Shown here: positions 24,760 to 37,096 of the stretch, piece after piece
How positions within the stretch are numbered: the stretch's first letter is position 1
How the letters are laid out: every line of letters begins with the position of its first letter
NCBI GenBank assembly: GCA_033442325.1
Contig: JAWQFM010000008.1
Span: 248,001 to 312,000, forward strand
DNA: 64,000 bases
Reading direction: 5' to 3'
From: Salpingoeca rosetta
Lineage: Eukaryota > Protista > Choanoflagellata
Position numbers and translations under genes: made by a program
The notes under the pieces: generated by a model
The model's input: only the letters and a program-made list of their open reading frames with translations
The model's database searches: none
What the model was told of the DNA's origin: nothing

Positions 24760-25156
24760 ACTTGACGTGTGGGTTGAGTGGACTTGTGTGTGTGTGTGCG
24801 TGTATGGTGTTGGTGTTGGTGGGTTGTGTGCTGCTGTCTTTTCTCGTGGTCTGTTCTTTTCCTGTTTTGTCGTTGTTGGTTGAGTCTTCCCTCAACCCGG
24901 CCCCCGCCCCGTCACTTCTTCTTGGCGCAGGGTGTTGTTTGTTTATCCTCGCATCACTGCGTCAACGGCTGGTCTTCATTCAAACAGGGCAAGCAGTCAT
25001 TAAGTCCTTTGAGCCTCCCTCTCGCGCCACACACACGATACGTGCATGCGGTGTCGTCAACAAACACAAACACACACACTCAGCAACGGTTAGCAACACC
25101 AACCAGTGCACCGGTGCCACATACCGCATGACAACAATCACCACATCATCACCAGA

Positions 25157-28100
25157 TCACCGCTTGACGTGGTTGATGTAGCGGGCAGCAAGGAAGGAGA
25201 AGATCCAGAAGCCAACAGCATAGCCCACAACAGCAAAGAACGCCGCCCAGCGGTTATCGTAGTCGAGGCCAAGGAAGTCCTGCACATAGTTGGAGACGGT
25301 CACCTCCTCAATTCCGTCAGGCGTGACCAGGTCAATGGTGGGGCAGGACGTGGCGTTGCCGCTCAGCATGCTGCTGTTGCCGGTGCCGGCACCGTCGTCA
25401 CAGTAAAACTGGGGCACCACCAACGCGTTCAGGCCGTACTTGATGAAGTTTGCGTGCCAGATCCACCTGTAGCCATCCGGCATGGCAGGGCCGGGGAGGA
25501 AGAGGCCGCCAAACAGGAAGGAGACGGACATGACGGTGGAGGCAGCGAGCGTCGCCGTCTCCGCTGTCGGGAACAGGTTGGAAAAGAAGTGCGAGATAAA
25601 CACCATCAGGAACGCCAGCACAATGTGCGTGAGGAAGTAGAGGATGAGGGTGGCGCCGTCCAGACTGAGCGATGCCATAAAGTAGAACACGCACAGGAAG
25701 CACAGGCTGGACACGATCAGGTACGGGAACTCCGCCAGCGCCATGGCAATGCTGTGCATCCAGCCAGCATACATGTTGGCCGCACGCTCGCGCGCAACCA
25801 CAGCACGGAGGCCAACTGCAATACAAGGGAAAAGAATTGGGGAAAGGACAACACGAGCGTGAGTGATGTGAATAAAGCCAAGCTGCAACCGTAAACACAG
25901 CAGCTGACACAACACATACACTCACTCACACAACGCACACACAACACAAACACTCACTCACATACAACATACAACATACACACAACCCACACACGCATGC
26001 ACAACACTCACTAACACATAACCTACACACATACATACACACACACGCACGCACAACACTCACTCACCGATGACTGGGATGGCTGTGAGGAGATTGATAG
26101 CGCCGGAGAAAATGGCTGTGGAGAAGAGGCCGGCCATCTTGGAGACAACGCCAGCCAGGTCATCCTCTTTCACACGCAGGTACAGCAGGCCAAACAGGAG
26201 CCCAAGCCCCGTGATCACCACCAGCCGCGTCAGGTTGTAGTCCACGTTGCGCCAGGACGCAACAAACGCGCGTCGCATGACGAAGGACAGCTGCACGCGG
26301 CTTGTTGCACGCATGCTGGTTTCGTCCACAGACTCGGCCTTATCATCGGCACTACCATCAGCAGCACGGACCAGCACGTCAATCTGCCGGCCCACGCTGC
26401 GCCGCAACTCGCTCTCTTCGTACATGCGCGGGAAGTCATCCGGGGACATAGGCGGCAACGCACCATCATCGTCAGCGCTGCGGCCGACAGCACTGTTGAC
26501 AGCACCACCATCACCACCATCACTGCTGCCCGCCGTGGTGTCCTCGCCAACGCCGGCACTGCTGGCGCCAATGACATCCAGCATCCACGTGGCCGGGTTC
26601 ACGTGCTCGTCCTTGGGCAGCACACCAGGGATGGCCTCAAAGTAGGGTTGCAGCTTGGCTGTGGGCCCGTGGAACACGGCGCGGCCGCCTTTGGCCAGCA
26701 GCAGCAGCTGGTCAAACATGGAGAACAGCTCGGCGTTGGGCTGGTGGATGGTACACACCACCGTGCGGCCTGTGCGGGCAACGTTGCGCACGACGCGCAT
26801 CACCACCTCTGCCTCGCGGCTGTCCAGCTGGGAGGTTGGCTCGTCCAGGAACAGGATGGACGTGTTTGCCACTAGCTCCACACCAAGGGTCAGGCGCTTG
26901 CGCTGGCCCTGCGACAGCCCGCCCTCCTGGCCAGGCGATCCGATGATGCGGTTGCGCAGGTGCGACAGCTCAATCAGGTCCATCACCTCCTCCACAAACA
27001 CCTTGCGCTTCTCCTCGGGGATGCTTGCAGGCAATCGAAGCGCAGCGCTAAAGTGCAGCGCCTCCTCCACCGTGGAAAAGGGTTCGTGCAGGTCGTTCTG
27101 CTCGCAGTAGCCCACAAGGCGCGCAAACCGTGCCTTGGAGGGCACGGTCCCGTTGACGAGGATGTTGCCCAAGGTGGTGCCACCCGTCTTGCGCCGGGCC
27201 AGCACATCAAGCAGTGTCGTCTTGCCAGCGCCGGTCACGCCCATGAGCGCTGTCAGCTCGCCGGCCCGCGCGTACCCGGACACGTTGTTCAGCAGCCGCT
27301 TGGTGGTCTCCTTCTTGTGCGTCTTGTCCTTCTTGATTGTCACATCGTAGCAAAGGTCCTTGAACACGAGCGACGCTTCTTCAAACGGCAGCGCGTGCTG
27401 GTCCCGGCTCACGCTGCCCAGCCCGTTGCTGTTGCTGTTGCTGTTGCTGTTGCCGTTGGTCCTGCTGTCGGTGTTTGTCTCGTCGTCGAGGGAGGAGAGG
27501 GATGCTGCAATGCTGACGACCGTGTCTGCGCGCTGGCCAACGCCCTTGTCGTCCGTGTACGACAGGTGCGGGTTTTCGTCGTCCTTCTCCTCCACCCGGG
27601 ACGTGCCACGGCTCGTGTCTGGCTTGCCACGGCTCAGCACCCACACGCTGAGGGAGACCATGATGACCAGGTACACGAGCAGGGCAAGCACGCCGTACCA
27701 CTTCCACGCGCCACCAGACTGCAGCTCGTACGACTCGAGGTACAGCTCGCCGAGCGTGGGCGCGCTGGTGCCGTTGTGGGCAGCGGCGGCGTAGCGGTCG
27801 CTCTCAAACTCGTTGAGGGCGAGGGAGCGGATGCTCCAGGAGAAGGGCGAGATGTAGTAGATCCAGATGAACCAGGGCGGGATGTTGGCGCGGGTGATCA
27901 TAATGCCGGAGAAGAGGGTGAGGACGGCGTTGGCGGGCCCAACCATGACCTGGCCAGCCTCCATGGAGGGCACGGCGTAGGAGATGATGCGGAACATGGA
28001 CGCCGTGCTGAAGCCGACGAGGGTGAGGAAGAGCAGGAAGAAGAAGAACCGGTCCACCTCCTCAACAAAGCCGGACATCCAGTACACGCCACAGGAGAAG

Positions 28101-30247
28101 ATGATCGACTCCGCCAGGGCGAGCGGCAGGTGCACGAGGTTCACGGCAAGCGTGTAAGCGGCGGTGGAGTAGAAGCCGGCGTGGTATTGGCGGTAGACAA
28201 CGTCGCGCACGGCCATGGCAACGGGCACCTCAGCCATGTTGTTGAAGGCAAGCAGCGTGGGGACGAACAGCAGCAGGCCAACGCGCAGCTGAAAGTCGGC
28301 AGTGCTCAACTGCCAGAACAGGGACCCAAGAATCAGCGACAGGAACAAGCTCTGCACCAAATGGGCCCTGTGGTGAATGAGGGAATGAGGGAATGACGTG
28401 CAGTGTGCATGTGTGTTTGTATGCAACAAGATGAGTTGCGGCGCTAAAACCGGTGCTTAAAGCCCTTGAAAGAAGACACGAAAGCAAGGCAAGCAGCCAC
28501 CCAGGCACATCCACACGCGCACCCACACAAGCGCGCACACACGCACACCACACACACACACACATATGCAAGCGCGCATATCACACAAGCGGTTCATCCA
28601 CACACGCACACACACACACGCACGCAGACACCAACGGCCAACGTACACTAGGAACTGCGGGTCACGGCTCATAAGCCGAAGCTGCCGCTGCACGCTAAGC
28701 ATAAGGTGCTGTCCAAACGACTTTGCGTACGGTCGGCCATACTGCGCCTTGCTGAACTCGTTGGTGAGGCGACCGCTGTCGCTGGTGGCGGGCAGTGACG
28801 CGCGGCGATGCGCCTCCAGGTCAGCCGCCACCACCTCATATGCCTTACGCATGTGCCCGGTGGTGATGGGGGTCGTCATATCGGGAGACACAATCTTGCT
28901 GCTGCGCCGCCTTTTGGCAAACGCCGTCTCCGCCGAAGTTGCGGAAGCAACTGCCTTGGCGTTGGCGTTGGTGTCGGAGGTACCGGAGGCATCGCCCTCG
29001 ATGGCCGCCGTGATCTTCAGCTGCAGCCGCTCGTCCTCGTGCTGCTGCTGCTCCTGCTGCTGCTTGTGGTGGGTCTTGTGCTCCGCACTGTACTTGCGCA
29101 CCCACTTGCTCGGGTGCGTGACAATCTCTGTGACAATGTCTGCCGTGTCCATGGGCGGGAAGTAGAAGCCCAGGTCCTGGAAGAAGGGGCGCAACCGCTG
29201 CTGGGGGCCCGCATACACCACCTGGCCCTCCCGCAGCACCACGACGTTATCGTACATGTCCACAACCTCTGGCGGCGGCTGCAGCATGGTGGAGACAACG
29301 ACACCGCCTGTGAGGTGCGCCCACGCCACGAGCGAGCGCGTGATGTCGATGGTGGTGGAGGCATCGAGGCCCGTGCTGTACTGGTCGAGCAGGAAGCAGC
29401 GGGCGTTGGTGACAAGGAGCTCGCCAATGGAGACACGCCGCTTCTCGCCACCACTCACGCCGCGAATCAGGTCGTTGCCGACGATGGTGTCGGCACAGTT
29501 GGTGAGGCCGAGCAGCCGCAGCACCAGGTCCACCCGCTGCCGCGCGTACTCCTGCACGAGCTCGGAGTCGGCGGGCAGGTGCTCGGTGACGTTGGCGTTC
29601 TGCGCAGCAAAAGTGAGGGTCTCGCGCACGGTGAGCTGCGGCATGTGCACGTCGTCCTGGCCAACGTACGCCGCCAGGCGCGGCACGAGGGCCTCAGACT
29701 CCTCCGCTGTGCGGCCGTTGAACAGCACCTCTCCACTGTTGATGTCCAGGATCCCTGCAATGGCCTGCAACAGGGATGTCTTGCCGTGTCCTGGGGGAGC
29801 GAGAACTAAGGTGGTGGTCCCTGCTGGAAAGGAGACGGAGACGTCGTGCAGGCGGTAGATGGAGCGGGTGTCCTGCTTCTTGCCGATCGCTGCCAGCTTC
29901 TTGATGGCGGCCCAGGCGTTGCGGGCGACGGTCGGGATGGCGTGGTCCTCTTGGGCCACGGGCACCTCCACCGTGGACGTGACGCCGCGCAGCTCAATGT
30001 TGCAGGCCGGCAGCTCTGGCATCTCCTTGGCGAGGCGACGAAGCAAGGCGCGGTATGACACTGGCCCTTTGGAGAGGCGCAGCAAGCTGTCCACGGAGGC
30101 GTTGTGGAGCTCCTCGAGCTCCTGCTCCTGCTCCTCCTCTGTCTCTGCATCCCGCTCACCTTGGTCGTCTTCGCCCGGGTCAATGCGAGGGGTGCTGGGA
30201 ACGAAGTCGTCCACATTGATGATTTCCACTTCACCCATGTCAGCCAT
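25157..30247 (-). CDS. Full-size ABCG/PDR-type transporter (NBD-TMD-NBD-TMD), 3 exons
   Basis: NBD1 APPGHGKTSLL, GVSGGEKRRVSIGE, LLDQYSTGLD. NBD2 GVTGAGKTT, LSQGQRKRLTLGVEL, FLDEPTSQLD. Two hydrophobic ABC2 membrane domains. Confidence 0.93.
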
Positions 30248-30667
30248 AGCTGGATGTGTGTGTGTGTGTGTGTGTTCTTTGCTTGCTTGTCCACTGGCTG
30301 CTTGGGTGAGTCTTCAGTGTACACTACACGTGACCTGTCTGTGCGAGAGAAATAAATGAAGCCAGCAAAGTGGCTATGAGCCAGGAGCGAGCGTCTCCCT
30401 GTGCTGGAACAAGTGAAGCAAGCCAAGCCGTTGAATGTTGCTGTGACAAGCACACACGTGGCGGTGGTGGTGGTGGTGGTGGTGGTGGTGGTGTGGTTGC
30501 AGCCTGTTGTTCAGCGCAAGAATGACGCAGTGCATCACGAAGTTTGGGCGGCGCATCATCTGACCGCATGGATTGTTGTGGATATCTTCGTGTAATATTC
30601 CGAAATTGTTTGGGCAGCCAAAGTTGGCTCGCGTCATGTGATGGTGTGCGGCGTGGGCTGGTCCGGC

Positions 30668-30791
<124 letters not shown>

Positions 30792-30938
30792 TGTGTGTGC
30801 GTGGAATGACGGAGAGTGAAAACTATGTAATGTTGTGTAACATACAGAATGCCAACCCAAAGGCCACCAACCACAGGTAAACAAGCGGAATGCACAAACA
30901 AACGAGTTGACAAGTGATGCTGTTGTTTGCTGCTGCTG

Positions 30939-32495
30939 CTACGCATGCAGGCCAATTAGCTCGAAAATCTTCGGCACAAGGATAACTGCTGCCAAGCCAA
31001 CGCACTATTCGTGCGTGCGTGCGTGTGTGTGTGTGCGTGTGTGTGTGTGTGCGTGTGTGCGTGTGTGTGTGTGTGTGGCGGGGGGGGGTGACAAGTGTGT
31101 GAGAGGAACCGCGCGGTGCATGAATGTTTGCAAAGCCATCCCCCTCGCTCACACACAGGACAAGCGCAGTTGCGTTCGAGGAAACTCACCGAGTAACACA
31201 CAAACTTTGTTGGAACGTCAATTTCATAGCGGTGTTCGGGCTTCTTGTCCGTTTTGCCAAGCAACCGAAGCAGCAGCGTACGCATCGTCGTCTTGACAAC
31301 AAGCCTGAGAGCAAGAGGCACAGAGAAACACAGAGGCACAGAGAGACACAAACAGGGGCAGAAAAAAGGTGGGGATAAAATGAACACATTGAGGGTCAAC
31401 AAATGGTTAGATGGCAGTCAGTGATTTTTGGAGTGACCACGCGTCAGTGGCGGCCTTGGCAGTGAAGCCGACAAGCAACCGCACCCTAGTCCACGCGTGC
31501 ATCAAACACGCACAAACACAAACGCATGTATGTTTACGCAAACCAATCCACACATTCGCACATACGCACACAGTCTCACCTGACGAGTGCCAGCGTCAAG
31601 AAGCCAACGACGAGACGAGTTGTGGAGAGGATGAACCATGTCAGGGCAGGCACTGCATGCCGTGTGAAACATGTACGAAAACGACCTGAATGAGTGCAAC
31701 ACACCAACAGTGCCTCCATGTCACTCACTCACACGCACGCACCCACACGCACACGCACGCACGCACCCACACGCACACGCACACACGCACACACGCACGC
31801 ATGCACACGTACACGCACACACCCTTCCTCTCCCTATCTGTGTGTGCCCACTTGATCGCCAGTCGAGGGGAAGCCCAGGGACGACAAAGTCCATCTGCGT
31901 GACCCACACGCCGTTGCATGCACCCAGGATCACCGCTGTGTCGCCGTACCTGCGGGAAGCAATGGTGATGATACACAAGCAGGGACATGCGGTAAAGGGT
32001 TTGCATGGGTGCGCTTTTCCATGTAACCTTGGTTCCTTCGCTGCCTTCCTACTCCTCACATACGACTGCACGCGCTCACTCGCTCACACACTTCCACAAG
32101 CAACAACACATTGCAATAGAAACGCTCGCCAACTCACCCACACACGCAACCTCGCCCACTCACGCTGGGCTCCAGTGTTTGAGGCGCGGGTATGCGAGGA
32201 GAAAGATGATGCACATGACAGTTGGCGCCCATCTGCTGGCCGGGTTGGTCAGCAGAAACCGCTCAAAGGTGTTCTCCAGCCCCAGGAACACGCTGAACAG
32301 CACCCCGGCAATCACAAACCCTGCATGCGCGCATGTGCAAGTGGAGGAAACGCAGACAGGGACGGACAAAGAGTGAGTACATGTTCAGCTGAACCGAACA
32401 AACATGACACAAGGGCATGTGTGTGAAGCGAGCACATGGCCATTTGACCAACACACACACGCACACACACACTGTCTCTCCCTCTCTCGCTCACT

Positions 32496-32531
<36 letters not shown>

Positions 32532-32604
32532 CTCTCTCTCTCTCTCTCTCTCGCTCACACACACACACTCTCTCTCTCTCTCTCGCTCACACACACACAC
32601 ACTC

Positions 32605-32658
<54 letters not shown>

Positions 32659-34603
32659 GCGCTCACTCGGCTGTGGTTATACCTCCGATGAGGTCTGGGA
32701 TGGAGTGGACACCCAGGTACACGCGCCCCGCGGTGGTGCACACAACCACAAATGTTGCAACGGCCAGCGCAAACAGCAGCGGGTAGTCGCCCTTGCCTGA
32801 AACGTACGGACGGTGGTGATGGTGGTGGTGGTGGTGGAGAGGAGATTTGCAGAGGAGGGGGAGGCAGGTGTGAGCCAGGGTGAATGCATGTGTGTGTGTG
32901 TGTGTGTGTGTATGTGTCTGTGTGTGTATGTGTGCATGTGTGTATGTGTGTGTGTGTATGTTTGCAGTGGTGGCCATACCTTCGTAGTCCATCCTATGCG
33001 TGTGGTAGACAACAATGCAGGCCTGTCCAACAACGGCAATGGTGTGGGTGCTGGGAAAGCCGTACTCTGCAACCCACTGGCTCTCCAAAGACCGCACAGC
33101 CTTGTTCAAAACCTAGCACCGCCGCCAATCACAACGCAATCGTCGCATAGAATCATGTGCAACCGCGAATGAGTGAGTCAATTGTGTGCCAGTGAGAGTC
33201 AATTGTGTGCGAGTGAGAGTCAATTGTGTGAATGAGTCGATTGTGAGTGAGTCAATGTGTGTGTGTGTGTGAGTGTGTGTGTGTGTGTGATACGGTGAAA
33301 GGTTCTTCCACAACCACATGCGTCGCAATCGCACGTGCACGCATGCATTTTGGCATAAGCAAGCGAGTGGCGTTGAGATTCGGTGAGCACTACATGCTCA
33401 GCACACAGCCACTCACATATGGACGCGGAAGCTGGAGATGATCCTTCAGGTACTGCCCAAGGTACATGGACAGCCCCCACATGGTGATGATGCGCCTGCC
33501 GTGCAGCAGTGATGAGAACGCCTGTGAGCTAGGGCGTCATTCACACATGCGCCGAGAAAACACACAAGAGAGGGAGGAGAGGGAGAGAGAGAGGGGGGGG
33601 GGGAGATAGAGATAGACGCACACACACAAATGCACACACATGCATAGACACTCACACACAGATATGCACACACAGACACACAGACGTGCACACAACACAC
33701 AGACATGCACACACAGATGCAGACGCATTGCATACACACGCACACACCGCATACACACACCCACACACGTGTAAAACCAATCCCTGACTGACCTGCCAAG
33801 GCCCGTGTCAATGTTCCAGAACACGTAAGGAAACATGGTGATGTAGAATGCTTCGCTGCCGATGAACGCGCCCATGTGAAAGAGAACGCTGAGAACAAAG
33901 TTGATGCTACGGAAGAGGATGCCAACCTCTGGATCGTGCCAGGCCTCCGTCACCAGCGGTGGCTCCGTCGACTCTGGCTCCCCTTGCTTTTCCTGTTGGT
34001 GATACCGATTGACCAAGGCGGGAGAGGTTCAGGCAAGCGCATCCATGCGTCAACACAGCGCCAAAACCCGACCCCAGTGCGAGAAACAACGAGGGCAAGC
34101 AATAAGTGCAAGTGCAGCGGAGCAGGTCATGTATGCATATTTTCGGCGTAATCCTTGCCTTTGGAATGGGGCGCACGCCGCACACGGCTTGAAACCATGG
34201 CACGTTTGTGAAGGAGCTGTGGCGAATGTGCGGCATCAACAGTGGCACCAGCATGCTCTTCAAGAAGCTCCCTTCCACTTCCTGTTGACATGTTGTTCAG
34301 CCACACACCAAGGTGTCCACAAACGATGAATTGGAAGAGAGGGAGAAGGAGTCAACCAAGCTGTACTGTCGAGTCACGGACAGGGGATCAGGATCAACAT
34401 GCAGCCACTCGGTCTGCTGCAAGCAATCTGCTGGCAAGTAGGGCGGTGGCACGTTGCTTCTCTCTTGGAGCAAGCACACACACCCACACACCCACACACC
34501 CACACACCTCTGTTTGGAAGTCGTCAGGGACAACGGGCTTCGTCTCCGTGCTCAGTGAGAGATCGGCCGTGTCCACGGCCTCGTTCACCATCGACGACGA
34601 CAT
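30939..34603 (-). CDS. SGPP: Sphingosine-1-phosphate phosphatase (PAP2 family, SGPP1/2-like), multi-exon
   Basis: GSEAFYITMFPYVFWNID, YLGQYLKDHLQLPRP (C1), AEYGFPSTH (C2), GRVYLGVHSIPD (C3), WSPAYGDTAVILG, RYEIDVPTKFVCY|CVGLAAVILVPKIFELIGLHA*. Confidence 0.88.
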
Positions 34604-34868
34604 GTTGTTTGGATGTCTGTCAGTCAGTCAGTGGTGGGATGTTGTTGTTGGCTGGGCGATTGGCTGGATGCAATTTATGGTGTTCGTTACAGTTCCGTCG
34701 TCATCGATCTGTTGTTCCATCCGCACACACACACCACGCACGCGCGCACGCATCACGACTTGCTTATGGCAATCGTTTACTACTCGACAGTGCAATATTA
34801 TGACATGTGATTTAGCGAAAGAGATGTACAACAAGAAGAAGCCAATCCAAATCCATCCAAACTACACC

Positions 34869-37047
34869 CTACGACTTGCTCTCATTGGTCTGCTGCTGCA
34901 GCTGCTTCTTTGCGTTCTTCGCCTTCTTCGCCTTCTTCTTGCGCTTTTGGGTGGCGCTCTCCTCAGAGGCGTTCTGCTTGGCATGCTGACCACCGCCATT
35001 CTTCTTCTTGTTCTCGTTATCCTTCTTGCTCTCCGCTGCCTTGTCCTTCTTCTTGCCCTTGCTCTTCTTGTTCTTGTCCTTGTTCTTCTTCGTGCCGGCT
35101 TGGCTGTCCTCGTCACCATCGTCACCACCACCCTGCTGCTTCCTCTTGGAAAGCTTGGGGCGCACGAGTTCGCCCGCAGCATCGTTGTCAATCAGCTTCA
35201 GAATCTGGTTTTCGCCGTGCGCAAGTGAGCATGTGAGTGTGCGTGCGCGTGACGGAAAGCCACATCATCCATGACAACGCCGCTGGTCAGAATGGACATG
35301 AACATTCACGGCCAAATTCCAACCCCGGTTTCAACCATTTCACGAGAGGCCTTGTCTCTGTTCTCTCTCTATCCCTCAAAACCCGCCCATGCATGCTCAC
35401 CTGTTTGCACATTGTAAAGACAGACACGGCAGTGGCAGCGTGCTCGCTCGTGCCAAACTCCTTGGCAATGGACGCGAGCGGTGAAACGTCCTCCTCGACC
35501 CTGCAACAGGACACAACATTTAAGCACAATCGAACGCAGCAGCAACAAGCACTCACGTGAGTGTGTGAAAGCAAGGTTCTCAACCACGACAAGCCATATA
35601 CGCACGCGCCAAAAGGACAACAGCACGCCACCAGCAGCAGCGCTTCATGTGCAACAACAAAACGCACTCTTTGAGAGTTCGGGCTGCCAACAGCACAATC
35701 TGGAGGAACACGCGCACGTGCCGCGCCTGCAGTGATGATGACAACGACAGCAACACGGGTGAAACAACACAAAAGTGAGCGTAGGAGTGTTGGTTGGCGT
35801 GGCAACTGCGCCAAATCCAAAACCGCATTAACACCGTTCCAAACACGTCGTCAGCACCTCGTACTCTCGCCCGCCTCCCTTCGCAGTCACACACATGCAC
35901 ACGCACACAGGTATGCATATGCCCACCTTAAACTTGGACGACTTGCTGACCAGCGCGTGTGTCTTCACCACAAAGTCCACGAGCGCCTGCGCGTGCTGCT
36001 TGACAACGCCCTTGTGCTGCGAAACGGCCTTGCGTTGGTGAAGCAAATCCGCAAGGCACTTGAAGACAATCAACAGCCGCGAAGGGTTGACGCACTTGTC
36101 CACCCCTTGTGCCATGTGAGGCACCAGGTACCACACAAGTTCTGTCAAGTCACGAGGCGCAACAAACAAGACAAGACATGAGATCAGCACGGGCAACAGT
36201 GCTGTGACAACGGTGTGGTGGCAGCTCAGAAACACAAGGATCTATTGCACAGTCGGTACACAAGAGGGACACGCCACGAACAACAACAACAACAACAACC
36301 AACAACAACAACAACCAACAAAAAACGCACCTGCACAAACCGACCAACTAACCCATCACATGCGCGCACTCTGCACAAAACATGCAATGACACGAGCAAA
36401 AGCACAAACACTCACGTGGAAAGCTGCGGGCCAAGTCCGAGAGAACCGAGTCGTTCATGTTAAACTTGTGCTTCTGCAAAAAGTGCTCAATGGCAGTGCC
36501 ATACTCCTCTGCAAACAGGCTGACGCGCAGCTTGCCCAGGAACTGGCCATCGTCCGTGCTCTCAATACTCGTCTCGCCGTGGGTGAGTGCCCGAACCGCA
36601 AACTTGGTCACGGCGCCGCCTATGTCGCGCTGCGCCTTGTCCGATCCCGTGCTGACAAGATGCACGCCAGCCTTGATGGTGCTCTCACACAGGGCAACCT
36701 GCTCGGGCGTCTCTACCTTGGGTAGCGGCTTGAGCTGATTCAGCCTGCAGAAACAATCCCGCATTGCGCACGACGTGAGCAACCAATCACCAGAAACAAC
36801 GACAACCGTCCTGGTGGGCGTGCACATGAGACACACAGACACTCAACGCACGACTCACTTGTTGCAATAGAGTCCATGAAGGCGAGCGGCCACAGCTTCG
36901 CCGTCCTTCTTCAACGTCGCATTTGTGCGATGCGCCTATCAGACACAAAGCAAAATCGTCACACAGAGAGACGGTGAGGTGAGTCTGCGGCGGAGCATAA
37001 ACCGGTACGCAACAACGAACACGTAAAAGCCGTAAACGGTTTGCAAA

Positions 37048-37096
<49 letters not shown>

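Noticed and set aside
26960-28396. 478-aa plus-strand ORF
   Set aside because: Antisense to the GC3-rich ABCG exon; no independent motifs.
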